From Nitrospiria bacterium (GTDB lineage Bacteria > Nitrospirota > RBG-16-64-22), in the NCBI GenBank assembly GCA_919903025.1, contig CAKKSE010000076.1:1-55083 (forward strand): DNA of 55,083 nucleotides, in the 5' to 3' direction. The position numbers and the translations under genes were made by a program. Under the pieces are notes generated by a model that was not told the origin of the DNA, did not search any database, and saw only the letters and a program-made list of their open reading frames with translations. Below are positions 29,222 through 38,712 of the stretch, piece by piece. Within the stretch, counting starts at the first letter, position 1. Each line of letters starts with the position of its first letter.

Positions 29222-30509
29222 TATGGAGCCGGTCCTTCTTAAGAGAATCGACATTCCGGGCATGGCGGAGATCGAGACCGCCGTGGCGAACGGCGCGTAC
29301 GCCAACCTTGGGAAGGGGCTGGGGATGAAGCCGGCGGACCTGCTCGAGCTGGTGAAGGCTTCGGGCCTTCGGGGAAGAGGCGGAGCGGGGTTCCCGACGG
29401 GAGCGAAGTGGGGATTCGCCGCTGGCGATCCCAAGACCCCTCGCTACCTTGTCTGCAACGCCGACGAGTCGGAGCCGGGGACGTTCAAGGACCGCCCGAT
29501 CCTCGAGAGGGACCCGCACCTTCTTCTTGAGGCGATGATCCTCTCCGGCCACGCGATCGGCGCGGAATACGGCTACATCTACATCCGCGGCGAGTACGCC
29601 GATGCCTACCGCATCCTCGCCAAGGCCGTGGAGCAGGCGTACGAGAAAGGCTTCCTGGGGAATGACATCCAGGGCTCGGGGACGCGCTTCGAGTGCGTCG
29701 TCCACAGGGGGGCTGGCGCCTACATCTGCGGGGAGGAGACGGCCCTCCTAGAGTCGATCGAGGGGCGCCGCGGACAGCCGCGGAACAAGCCGCCGTTCCC
29801 CGCGAACGTGGGGCTCTTCGGCAAGCCGACCGTCATCAACAACGTGGAAACGCTCGCCAACGTTCCGTTCATCGTCGAGAGGGGCGCGGAGTGGTTCAAG
29901 TCGATGGGAACGGAGAAGGCGGCCGGGCCGAAGCTCTTCTGCGTCTCCGGCCGGGTGAACAAGCCGGGCGTCTACGAGCTGGCGATGGGAACGCCGCTCC
30001 GAACTCTCATCAAGGACGTCTGCGGCGGAGTGCCCGGCGCGAAGCGGATCAAGGCCGTGATTCCGGGCGGCGTCTCGGCCGCCTTCCTCGGGCCGGAAGA
30101 CCTCGACGTGAAGCTCGACTTCGAATCGGTGGCGGCGGCGGGGTCGATGTTCGGCTCCGGGGGCGTGATCGTCCTGGACGAGGACGACTGCATCGTGAGC
30201 GCGACGCTCAACATCATGCGTTTCTTCAAACACGAGTCGTGCGGCAAGTGCACGCCGTGCCGGGAGGGGACGTACTGGCTCTACAACGCTCTCCACCGGA
30301 TCGAGGAGGGCGGCGGCCGGCCGGAGGACCTCGCGCTTCTTCTGGACATCGCCGACAACATCTCCGGCAAGAGCTGTTGCCCGCTGGCCGACGGGGCGAT
30401 CTCCTGCGTCGTCTCTTCCGTCAAGAAGTTCCGGGCCGAGTACGAGCGGCACATCCGCGAGGGAGGCTGTTCCTTCGCGGCGCGCGAGGCGGGGGCGGCT
30501 AAGGCATGA
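29217..30509 (+). CDS. nuoF: NADH-quinone oxidoreductase subunit F (FMN, 4Fe-4S)
   Basis: GLRGRGGAGFPTG, CNADESEPGTFKDR, GAGAYICGEETALL and ESCGKCTPCREG...SCCPL. Confidence 0.9.
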   Translation: MTMEPVLLKRIDIPGMAEIETAVANGAYANLGKGLGMKPADLLELVKASGLRGRGGAGFPTGAKWGFAAGDPKTPRYLVCNADESEPGTFKDRPILERDPHLLLEAMILSGHAIGAEYGYIYIRGEYADAYRILAKAVEQAYEKGFLGNDIQGSGTRFECVVHRGAGAYICGEETALLESIEGRRGQPRNKPPFPANVGLFGKPTVINNVETLANVPFIVERGAEWFKSMGTEKAAGPKLFCVSGRVNKPGVYELAMGTPLRTLIKDVCGGVPGAKRIKAVIPGGVSAAFLGPEDLDVKLDFESVAAAGSMFGSGGVIVLDEDDCIVSATLNIMRFFKHESCGKCTPCREGTYWLYNALHRIEEGGGRPEDLALLLDIADNISGKSCCPLADGAISCVVSSVKKFRAEYERHIREGGCSFAAREAGAAKA

Positions 30510-31690
30510 CCGATCTCATCCAGCCGATATTCCAGACTGCCGCGTGGGTCGTCATTTATGCCTTCGTTCCGTCGTTCATCGTGATGAACGCCGTCCTGAT
30601 CGCGGGCGCCTTCCTCACGTACGTCGAGCGGAAGGTCATCGGCCACATTCAGCAGAGGCCGGGGCCGAACCGGGTCGGGCCCCTTGGTCTTCTCCAGCCC
30701 CTGGCCGACGGGATCAAGCTCCTCACGAAGGAAGACATCATCCCCGCGCAGGCGGACCGGTTCGTGTTCGTGATCGCGCCGTTCCTCTCCCTCGTTCCCG
30801 TCATCATGGCCTACGCCGTGATCCCCTGGGGGGAGCCGACGACGCTCATGGGGGTCCTTCCATGGCTCCGCGTGTTCGACGGGTGGGGTTATATTCCGGC
30901 CGCGTGGAACCCCTTTCCGCTCGTTCCCGAGAAGGCGACGCTCGTCATCTCCAACCTCAACATCGGCGTCCTCTACATCCTGGGCATGTCGGGGCTCTCT
31001 GCCTACGGGATCATCCTGGCCGGCTGGGGCTCGAACTCCAAGTACGCTCTCCTGGGAGGCCTCCGGTCGGCCGCGCAGGTGATCTCCTACGAGATCGCCA
31101 TGGGTCTCGCCATCGTGGGCACCCTGATGCTCGCCGGGTCCCTCTCGCTCGTGGACATCGTGCGCGCGCAGGAGTCGAGCTTCTGGTACGTCCTGGCCCA
31201 GCCGCTCGGGTTCCTGATCTTCTTCATCTCCGGGATCGCCGAGACGAACCGCGCGCCCTTCGACCTCCCGGAGGCGGAGAGCGAGATCGTGGCCGGGTTC
31301 CACACGGAGTATTCCGGCATGCGGTTTGCCTTCTTCTTCATGGCCGAATACGGGGCGATGGTGATCATCTCGGCCATGGCATCGATCCTCTACCTGGGCG
31401 GGTGGCTCCCGCTCCAGCTTCCGATCCCGTCCGCTCTGCCGGCGATCGGTTCCACGCTGGCCGTTACGGACGGGGCCGTGCGCGCCGTCAACGGGGCGCT
31501 GATGGCGGTCCCGCCGATCGTCTGGATGCTTTCGAAGATCGGCTTCTTCCTGTTCGTCTACATCTGGCTGAGGGCGACGTTCCCCAGGCTCCGGTACGAT
31601 CAACTGATGCACCTGGGATGGAAGGTCATGCTTCCGCTGGGCCTCGCGAACATCTTCGTCACGGGCCTCGTGATTCTGGTGAAGGGGTAG
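30506..31690 (+). CDS. nuoH: NADH-quinone oxidoreductase subunit H
   Basis: ATGA overlap with the nuoF stop. ERKVIGHIQQRPGPNRVGPLGLLQPLADGIKL, AETNRAPFDLPEAESEIVAGFHTEYSG and PRLRYDQLM. At 394 aa it is somewhat longer than usual. Confidence 0.9.
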   Translation: MTDLIQPIFQTAAWVVIYAFVPSFIVMNAVLIAGAFLTYVERKVIGHIQQRPGPNRVGPLGLLQPLADGIKLLTKEDIIPAQADRFVFVIAPFLSLVPVIMAYAVIPWGEPTTLMGVLPWLRVFDGWGYIPAAWNPFPLVPEKATLVISNLNIGVLYILGMSGLSAYGIILAGWGSNSKYALLGGLRSAAQVISYEIAMGLAIVGTLMLAGSLSLVDIVRAQESSFWYVLAQPLGFLIFFISGIAETNRAPFDLPEAESEIVAGFHTEYSGMRFAFFFMAEYGAMVIISAMASILYLGGWLPLQLPIPSALPAIGSTLAVTDGAVRAVNGALMAVPPIVWMLSKIGFFLFVYIWLRATFPRLRYDQLMHLGWKVMLPLGLANIFVTGLVILVKG

Positions 31691-31694
31691 ACGG

Positions 31695-32234
31695 GTGAAT
31701 CTGGATCAGGCGTTCTTTCTCTACTTCGCGGCGATGATTGTCGTCTTTTCGATCGTGACGATCACGCGGAAGAACCCGGTCTACGCCGTCATGGCGCTGT
31801 TGGTCGTCTTCTTCCATGTGGCGGGACTGTACGTCCTGCTCAATGCCGAGTTCATCGCCGCGCTCCAGGTCGTCGTCTACGCGGGCGCGATCCTCGTCCT
31901 CTACCTCTTCGTCCTGATGCTGTTGTCCGTCCCGCGTGAGGCCCTCGGCGCGGCGGCCCACCGCCGTTGGCCGGTCTACGCACTCGTCGGCGGCGCGACG
32001 ACGTTCGAGATCGCCCTTCTCCTGGCGCGGTCGAAATTCGCGCCGAGGCCGGGACCGTACCCGCCCGACGTCGTCCGGGAGATGGGGTCCACGCAGGCGA
32101 TCGGGACGGTCCTCTTCACGGAGTTCCTGTATCCGTTCGAGGTGATCTCCCTCGTGCTTCTCGTGGCGATGATCGGGGCGATCGTCCTGACCAAGAAGTG
32201 GACGCCGGCCCAGGGCGGGGAGGAGGGACGATGA
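31695..32234 (+). CDS. nuoJ: NADH-quinone oxidoreductase subunit J
   Basis: GTG start 4 nt after the nuoH stop. 179 aa, hydrophobic, with NAEFIAALQVVVYAGAILVLYLFVLML. Confidence 0.8.
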   Translation: MNLDQAFFLYFAAMIVVFSIVTITRKNPVYAVMALLVVFFHVAGLYVLLNAEFIAALQVVVYAGAILVLYLFVLMLLSVPREALGAAAHRRWPVYALVGGATTFEIALLLARSKFAPRPGPYPPDVVREMGSTQAIGTVLFTEFLYPFEVISLVLLVAMIGAIVLTKKWTPAQGGEEGR

Positions 32235-32536
32235 CGATTCCGCTTTCCTGGGTTCTGGCGCTCTCGGCGGTCGTCTTCGGGATCGGCGTGATCGGCCTCC
32301 TCACGCGCCGGAACATCCTGATCCTTCTCATGTCGCTCGAGTTGATCCTGAACGCGGCCAACATCAACCTGGTCGCCTTCTCGAATCACCTTCACTCGAT
32401 GCGGGGGAACGTGATCGTCGTCTTCACGATCGCCGTCGCGGCGGCCGAGGCGGCCGTCGGCCTCGCCATCCTCCTGGCCCTCTTCCGCAACCGCCGGACC
32501 GTGAACCTCGACGAGGTGAGGGAGATGAAGGGATGA
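32231..32536 (+). CDS. nuoK: NADH-quinone oxidoreductase subunit K
   Basis: ATGA overlap with the nuoJ stop. 101 aa with LMSLELILNAANINLVAF and AVAAAEAAVGLAIL. Confidence 0.85.
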   Translation: MTIPLSWVLALSAVVFGIGVIGLLTRRNILILLMSLELILNAANINLVAFSNHLHSMRGNVIVVFTIAVAAAEAAVGLAILLALFRNRRTVNLDEVREMKG

Positions 32537-34485
32537 CGCGGTCGGTCGTTTTGTTCAGGGATCTGCTGATCCCGATCCTGCCGCTCGCGGCGTTCCTGGT
32601 GAACGGCCTCTTCGGCCGGTGGACGCGCGAGAAGGCCCACTGGGTCTCCGTCCCGGCCGTCGTCCTCTCGTTCCTCCTGTCGCTGTTCGTCCTCAAGGAC
32701 GTTCTCTCCGGCGTCAATACGTACGCCTCTCTTTACCGCTGGATTACGGTCGGCGCGTTCGACGTCTCCGTCGGCGTCATGATCGACCCGCTCACGGCCG
32801 TCATGCTGATCGTCGTGACGTCGGTCTCGTCCCTGGTTCACATCTATTCCATCGGATACATGCACGGCGACAAGGGGTACGCCCGGTTCTTCGCGTACCT
32901 CTCGCTCTTCACGTTCTCCATGCTGATGCTGGTTCTCTCCAACAACCTTCTCGAGCTCTTTGTCTTCTGGGAGGCCGTGGGGCTTTGTTCCTACCTCCTG
33001 ATCGGCCACTGGTACGACCGGCGCTCCGCCGCCGACGCGGCGACCAAGGCGTTCGTCGTGAACAGGGTCGGCGACTTCGGTTTCGGCCTGGGGCTCCTTC
33101 TCATCTTCGTCACGCTCGGGACTCTCGACTATCAGGCTGTCTTCCTCGGCGCGAAAGCCGCGACGAACCAGACGGTCGACCTCCTCGCCCCGTTCGGCGG
33201 CAAGCTCGACGTCGGGCTCGTGACCTTGATCGCCCTCCTCCTCTTCGCCGGCGCGATGGGGAAGAGCGCCCAGCTTCCCCTCCACGTCTGGCTCCCGGAC
33301 GCGATGGAGGGCCCGACGCCGGTCTCGGCTCTCATCCACGCGGCGACGATGGTGACGGCGGGCGTCTACATGGTGGCCCGGATGCACCCGGTCTTCGAGC
33401 TTTCTCCTTCGGCGATGGCGACCGTGGCCGTCGTGGGGGGCGGGACGGCCATCTTCGCGGCGACGATCGGCCTCGTCCAGAACGACATCAAGCGGGTTGT
33501 GGCGTACTCCACGGTGAGCCAGCTCGGGTACATGTTCCTGGCCTGCGGGATCGGCGCGTACGGCATCGCAATCTTCCACCTGATGACGCACGCGTTCTTC
33601 AAGGGGCTCCTCTTCCTCGGCGCCGGGAGCGTGATCCATGCGCTTTCGGGCGAGCAGGACATTCGGAAGATGGGGGGTCTCCGGAACAAGATCCCGGCGA
33701 CCTACCTCACGTTCCTGATCGGGTCGCTCTCGCTGGCGGGTGTCCCGCTCTTCGCCGGCTTCTTCAGCAAGGACGAGATCCTGACGCGGGCCTTCTTCGC
33801 CGGAGACCTGGGGCGCGTTCTCTGGGGCGTGGCGCTCCTTGGGGCCTTGCTGACGGCCTTCTACGCTTTCCGGCTCGTCTATCTCGTCTTCCACGGCGAG
33901 ACCCGTCTGCTTCCCGACGCGGCGCATCACGTCCACGAGTCGCCCCCGGTCATGACGGTCCCTTTGTGGATCCTGGCCGTTCTGGCCGTCTTCTCCGGGT
34001 GGGTGGGAATCCCGCTGATCGCCGGCGGCGACAAGATCGGCCACTTCCTGGAGCCGGTCTTCAAGGGCGTAGCGCACGTTGCGCATGCGGACATTCGCCT
34101 GGAGTTTTGGCTGATCGCGGTTTCCGTCATCGTGGCGCTCCTGGGGATCGCCGTGGCGGACATGTTCTACAGGACCCGGCCGGCCATGCCGGACAAAGTC
34201 GCGTCGGCTTGGCCCCGCTTCTACTCTCTTTTGCTCAACAAGTGGTGGTTCGACGAGATTTTCGACTGGGCGATCGTCCGGCCGACCCGGAGGATTTCAG
34301 AAGCGTTCCTCTGGAAGGTTGCCGACGTCCGGATCATCGACGCCTTCGTGAACGGCGTCGGGAGCGTGACGCAACAGGCCGCGGCCTCCTGGCGGCGAAT
34401 CCAAACCGGACTCACGCAGGATTACGCGATGACGGTCGTCCTGGGGCTCCTCGCGATCGTCGCCGTCTGGCTTGCGGCATGGTGA
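32533..34485 (+). CDS. nuoL: NADH-quinone oxidoreductase subunit L
   Basis: ATGA overlap with the nuoK stop. 650 aa antiporter-like subunit with WEAVGLCSYLLIGHW, GKSAQLPLHVWLPDAMEGPTPVSALIHAATMV and a C-terminal extension. Confidence 0.9.
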   Translation: MTRSVVLFRDLLIPILPLAAFLVNGLFGRWTREKAHWVSVPAVVLSFLLSLFVLKDVLSGVNTYASLYRWITVGAFDVSVGVMIDPLTAVMLIVVTSVSSLVHIYSIGYMHGDKGYARFFAYLSLFTFSMLMLVLSNNLLELFVFWEAVGLCSYLLIGHWYDRRSAADAATKAFVVNRVGDFGFGLGLLLIFVTLGTLDYQAVFLGAKAATNQTVDLLAPFGGKLDVGLVTLIALLLFAGAMGKSAQLPLHVWLPDAMEGPTPVSALIHAATMVTAGVYMVARMHPVFELSPSAMATVAVVGGGTAIFAATIGLVQNDIKRVVAYSTVSQLGYMFLACGIGAYGIAIFHLMTHAFFKGLLFLGAGSVIHALSGEQDIRKMGGLRNKIPATYLTFLIGSLSLAGVPLFAGFFSKDEILTRAFFAGDLGRVLWGVALLGALLTAFYAFRLVYLVFHGETRLLPDAAHHVHESPPVMTVPLWILAVLAVFSGWVGIPLIAGGDKIGHFLEPVFKGVAHVAHADIRLEFWLIAVSVIVALLGIAVADMFYRTRPAMPDKVASAWPRFYSLLLNKWWFDEIFDWAIVRPTRRISEAFLWKVADVRIIDAFVNGVGSVTQQAAASWRRIQTGLTQDYAMTVVLGLLAIVAVWLAAW

Positions 34486-34492
34486 GACAAAG

Positions 34493-35998
34493 ATGAAGTT
34501 TCCGATCCTGTCGCTCACGACGTACATCCCCCTGATCGGCGCCCTGTACCTCCTCTTCATGAAGGAGCACGAAGGGATGGTCCGGCGGCTCTCGCTCGCC
34601 GTCTCGCTAGCCGCTCTTGCCCTCTCGGTCCTCATGCTCGGCCACTTCGATCCGAAGAGCGCGGGGTTCCAGTTCGTGGAGAACCTCGAGTGGGCGCCTT
34701 CCCTCGGCATCTCCTACAAGATGGGCGTGGACGGCATCAGCGTTCTCTTCATCGTCCTGACGACGGTCCTCACCGTCCTGTGCGTTCTCGTCTCCTGGAC
34801 TCAGGTGAAGAAGTACGTGCGGGAGTTCCACGTGGCCCTTCTCGTCATCGAGTCGGCGATGCTCGGCGTTTTCTCGGCGCTCGACCTCGTCCTCTTCTAT
34901 GTCTTCTGGGAAGTGATGCTCATCCCCATGTTCCTCATGATCGGGATCTGGGGAGGGCCGAACCGCGTTTATGCCGCCGTGAAGTTCTTCCTCTACACGC
35001 TGGCCGGGTCGGTCCTCATGCTGATCGGCATCATCGTCCTCTACGTCCACGGCGGAAAGACGTTCGACGTCGCGGCCCTGCTTCAGGTCAAGTTCGCGGC
35101 GCCCGTCCAGTTTTGGGTCTTCCTGGCCTTCTTCGTCGCGTTCGCCGTGAAGGTTCCGATGTGGCCGGTCCACACGTGGCTTCCGGACGCCCATACCGAG
35201 GCGCCCACGGCGGGTTCCGTGATCCTGGCCGGGATTCTCATCAAGATGGGGGCGTACGGCTTCCTCAGGTTCTCGCTCCCGATGTTTCCCGACGCGACCG
35301 TCACCTTCGCTCCGTACATCCTCGCCCTTTCGCTTGTGGCGATCATCTACGGGGCGCTCGTGACGCTCGTCCAGACCGACCTCAAGAAGCTCATCGCCTA
35401 CTCGTCGGTCTCGCACATGGGGTTCGTGACGCTCGGGATCTTCGCCCTGAACCGCCAGGGAATCGAGGGCGGGATCATGCAGATGGTCAACCACGGGATC
35501 ATCACGGGGGCGTTGTTCCTTCTCATCGGGATCATCTACGAGCGGACGCACAGCCGGGAGATCTCGGCCTACGGGGGGATCGCCCGGAGCGTCCCGCGGT
35601 ACGCTTCGTTCTTCGTCCTCTTCGTCCTCGCGTCGCTCGGCCTGCCGGGTCTGAACGGGTTCGTGGGGGAGTTCCTGGTCCTCCTGGGGGCATTTCAGCG
35701 CGACCGGATCGTCGGGGTCCTGGCGATGACGGGGATCATCCTGGCTGCCGTCTACCTTCTCTGGATGACCCAGCGTGTCCTCTTCCAGGAGATGACGCAT
35801 CCCGAGAACGAGAAGCTGGCCGATATCGACACGCGGGAATTCATCACGCTTCTCCCGCTGGCCGTTTTGGTCGTTTTCCTGGGCGTCTATCCCAATCCCG
35901 CCCTTTCGGTGATGCACGCCTCGGTGGACCAGATGATGGCGAAGATGGAAGCGCACAAGGCGGCGGCCATCACCTGGGCGCAGGCATGGCCGTTCTGA
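34493..35998 (+). CDS. nuoM: NADH-quinone oxidoreductase subunit M
   Basis: ORF trimmed to MKFPILSL, 7 nt after the nuoL stop. FWEVMLIPMFLMIGIWGG and KVPMWPVHTWLPDAHTEAPTAGSVILAG. Confidence 0.9.
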   Translation: MKFPILSLTTYIPLIGALYLLFMKEHEGMVRRLSLAVSLAALALSVLMLGHFDPKSAGFQFVENLEWAPSLGISYKMGVDGISVLFIVLTTVLTVLCVLVSWTQVKKYVREFHVALLVIESAMLGVFSALDLVLFYVFWEVMLIPMFLMIGIWGGPNRVYAAVKFFLYTLAGSVLMLIGIIVLYVHGGKTFDVAALLQVKFAAPVQFWVFLAFFVAFAVKVPMWPVHTWLPDAHTEAPTAGSVILAGILIKMGAYGFLRFSLPMFPDATVTFAPYILALSLVAIIYGALVTLVQTDLKKLIAYSSVSHMGFVTLGIFALNRQGIEGGIMQMVNHGIITGALFLLIGIIYERTHSREISAYGGIARSVPRYASFFVLFVLASLGLPGLNGFVGEFLVLLGAFQRDRIVGVLAMTGIILAAVYLLWMTQRVLFQEMTHPENEKLADIDTREFITLLPLAVLVVFLGVYPNPALSVMHASVDQMMAKMEAHKAAAITWAQAWPF

Positions 35999-36009
35999 GG
36001 GCATGAAAC

Positions 36010-36041
36010 GGGGAAGCGGAGAAACGGTGAATCGGAGACAA
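36010..36041 (+). repeat. degenerate 8-nt tandem repeat (GGGGAAGC GGAGAAAC GGTGAATC GGAGACAA)
   Basis: Between nuoM and nuoN. The last unit supplies a GGAG 9 nt before the nuoN GTG. Confidence 0.7.
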
Positions 36042-36043
36042 CA

Positions 36044-37492
36044 GTGATTCAGTTCAATGCGGCTGATCTGGTCTGGCTTCTTCCGGAGATCATCCTCTTC
36101 GTCACGGCTTCGGCCGTCGTCCTCCTGAGCGTGATCGTCCGGCCAGAGGCGCGCTCGGGGCTCGCGGCGCTCGCCGTGATCGGGGCGCTGGCCGCGGGGT
36201 GGGCCGCGTACGGCCTCAGCGACGGAAACGTGGAACTGTTTTCCCGGATGGTCATCGTCGACCCGTTCGCCACGTACTTCCGCTACCTGTTCGTCCTCGC
36301 CGTCCTCGGGGGTGTTCTCCTTTCCGTCCGGACGCTCCAGACGGAGGGAGGGAACCGGTCCGAATACTACGGGCTCATGCTCTTCGCCGCGATCGGGATG
36401 ATGGTCATGGCCGAGGCGGGCGACCTCCTCATGGTCTACATCGGCCTGGAGCTCATGTCCCTGTCGCTGTACATCCTCGCCGGCTTCTACCGCCGCGAGA
36501 CGCGGTCGAACGAAGCCGCGATCAAGTACTTCATCCTGGGGACGCTCGCCTCGGGAATCTTCGTTTACGGCTTGTCGCTTCTCTACGGCCTCACGGGGAC
36601 GACGTCGATCCGCGCGATCGGCGAGATCGTGTCGGCGGGGGGTCTTTCCCGCCCGGCTCTCGTCCTGGCCCTGGCGATGGTCGGAACGGCCTTCGCGTTC
36701 AAGGTGGCGGCCGTTCCTTTCCACATGTGGACGCCGGACGTCTACGAGGGGGCTCCCACGCCGGTTACGGCCTTCATGTCAGTCGGGCCGAAGGCGGCCG
36801 GATTCGCCGTTTTCCTGCGCGTTTTCCTCGAAGCTTTCCCGGCCGCCCAGCCGGACTGGAACAACCTCGTCATCGTCCTTTCCATCCTCACGATGGCCGT
36901 GGGGAACATCATCGCCATCGCCCAGACGTCGGTCAAGCGGATGCTGGCTTACTCGTCCATTGGCCACGCGGGGTACATCCTGATCGGCCTCGTCGGCGGG
37001 ACGGCTGTGGGGGCGGGGGCCGTCCTCTTCTACCTCCTCATGTACACGATCACGAACCTGGGCGCGTTCGGCATCCTGGTCGTCCTGCAGAGGGAGAAGG
37101 GGCGGGTGGAGACGCTGGACGATTTCGCCGGTCTCGGGAAGACGCATCCGGCCGCGGCCCTGGGGATGCTCATCTTCCTCTTCTCGCTCACCGGCATTCC
37201 GCCGATGGCCGGGTTCTTCGGGAAGTTCTACCTCTTCACGGCCGCCGTCAAGGCGGGGTACGTCTGGCTCGCCGTCCTCGGCGTTCTCATGAGCGCCGTG
37301 TCGGCCTTCTACTATCTCCGCGTCGTCCTCGCCATGTACATGCAGGAGCCCGCCGCGGCGGGGGCCGGGGAGCCGATGTCCCAGCCCAGCGCCGTCCTGG
37401 CCGTCACGATCGCCGCCTTCCTCACCGTCGGGATCGGCATCCTGCTCAATCCTCTTCTCTCTCTCGCGGCGGCGTCCCTGCCCAAGATGTGA
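36044..37492 (+). CDS. nuoN: NADH-quinone oxidoreductase subunit N
   Basis: GTG start. 482 aa antiporter-like subunit with FKVAAVPFHMWTPDVYEGAPTPVTAFM. Confidence 0.85.
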   Translation: MIQFNAADLVWLLPEIILFVTASAVVLLSVIVRPEARSGLAALAVIGALAAGWAAYGLSDGNVELFSRMVIVDPFATYFRYLFVLAVLGGVLLSVRTLQTEGGNRSEYYGLMLFAAIGMMVMAEAGDLLMVYIGLELMSLSLYILAGFYRRETRSNEAAIKYFILGTLASGIFVYGLSLLYGLTGTTSIRAIGEIVSAGGLSRPALVLALAMVGTAFAFKVAAVPFHMWTPDVYEGAPTPVTAFMSVGPKAAGFAVFLRVFLEAFPAAQPDWNNLVIVLSILTMAVGNIIAIAQTSVKRMLAYSSIGHAGYILIGLVGGTAVGAGAVLFYLLMYTITNLGAFGILVVLQREKGRVETLDDFAGLGKTHPAAALGMLIFLFSLTGIPPMAGFFGKFYLFTAAVKAGYVWLAVLGVLMSAVSAFYYLRVVLAMYMQEPAAAGAGEPMSQPSAVLAVTIAAFLTVGIGILLNPLLSLAAASLPKM

Positions 37493-37516
37493 GGGAGTCC
37501 TGATCGGTTCTTGATT

Positions 37517-37556
37517 CCTTCCCCCTGGATGGGGGAGGGTGAGTGTGGGGGTGAAG
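37517..37556 (+). repeat. REP-like GC-rich hairpin with G-tract tail
   Basis: CCTTCCCCC-TGGAT-GGGGGAGGG followed by TGAGTGTGGGGGTGAAG. Same family as the copy at 36..77. Confidence 0.85.
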
Positions 37557-37575
37557 AGTCAGCTTGCCGGATCGA

Positions 37576-37613
37576 CCCCCCCCACCTATGTCCTCCCCCG
37601 CAAGGGGGGAGGA
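37576..37613 (-). repeat. REP-like GC-rich hairpin, inverted relative to 37517..37556
   Basis: C-tract tail CCCCCCCCACCTATG, then TCCTCCCCC-GCAA-GGGGGAGGA. Forms an inverted pair with the preceding copy. Confidence 0.85.
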
Positions 37614-37634
37614 GAGAGGAATGGAAGGGGAAAC

Positions 37635-38633
37635 ATGAACCCCTGGTCGAAAACGGTCCTCGGACTTGCGGCCGCCGGCATCCTTCTGCTCTGGCAGGCC
37701 CCGGCTCTGGCCGACATCTTCGAATGGACGGACGACCAGGGGAACACGCACTTCTCCGATAACCCCGGCACGATCCCAGAGAAATTTAGAAAGAACGCGA
37801 AGAAAAGCGGCGGCGAGGAGCCGGCGAAGAAGGAACAGCCGGCCTCTTCCGCGCCCCAATCCGCAAAGCCCGCCAAGCTCCCGGCGGGTCCCCGCCTCGA
37901 TGCGCCTTCCGATGCGCCGGCCGATTTCTCATTCGGAGCGGGAAGCCCCCTTGGCTCAAAGAGGTACGTTGTCCGCTTCCACGGCGAGGGGGGAAACGTC
38001 AAGTACGTCAAGGCCAAGGTGGGGAGCGAGTCTGCGACATGGATGCTGTTGGACACGGGGGCGACGTACTGCCGCTTGAGCCGGCCGCTCGCCAAGTCGG
38101 CGGGGATCGACTTCGGTGAATCGACGCCCCTCATTTTTCTTGGGACGGCGTCCGGCGTGATCGGCGAGCCGTTCGTCAAGGTGGACCGGATCGAGATGGG
38201 CGGCGCGGAGATTCGGGACGTCTACGCCACGGTCGAAGCTCCGATCGGCTCGGGAGCGGAGAGAGCCCCCGTTCCGTCGTTCGATCCCGACCGCGTCAAC
38301 GGGATTCTCGGAATGAGCTTTCTGGACAACTTCCGCGTGACGGTGGACAGCGAGCGCAGTCAGTTGATCCTGGAGCCCCGGTCGGGGCTCGATGCGCGCG
38401 ATGCCCGCGGCGGGCACAGCAAGCGGTGGTGGCAGAGCCAGTTCCGGTCCGCCAAGAAGAATATCGACCATGCGGAGCAGCGACTTGCGCGGCTAAAGGA
38501 GAGGACGCGAGCGGAGGATTACCAGGATATCAAGAAGCGCCTGGAGATCACGATCGACTTCTTCCAGCGGGAACTCTCGAATCTCGAAACCAAGGCTTCC
38601 CACGCGAACGTTCCGCAGGAGTGGAGGAAGTAG
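37635..38633 (+). CDS. secreted DUF4124-like / retropepsin-like aspartic protease fusion
   Basis: ORF trimmed to MNPWSKTVLGLAAAGILLLWQAPALA (signal peptide). IFEWTDDQGNTHFSDNP, a low-complexity linker, WMLLDTGATYC (the D-T-G-A active-site motif) and a C-terminal coiled coil. Confidence 0.6.
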   Translation: MNPWSKTVLGLAAAGILLLWQAPALADIFEWTDDQGNTHFSDNPGTIPEKFRKNAKKSGGEEPAKKEQPASSAPQSAKPAKLPAGPRLDAPSDAPADFSFGAGSPLGSKRYVVRFHGEGGNVKYVKAKVGSESATWMLLDTGATYCRLSRPLAKSAGIDFGESTPLIFLGTASGVIGEPFVKVDRIEMGGAEIRDVYATVEAPIGSGAERAPVPSFDPDRVNGILGMSFLDNFRVTVDSERSQLILEPRSGLDARDARGGHSKRWWQSQFRSAKKNIDHAEQRLARLKERTRAEDYQDIKKRLEITIDFFQRELSNLETKASHANVPQEWRK

Positions 38634-38712
38634 GGTCCTCCGCGGTTCTTCGCACCTTTTCCCCGTTCTTCACAACGGCGTCGGGATACCCACGCACAGC
38701 TCGATCGGGTTG

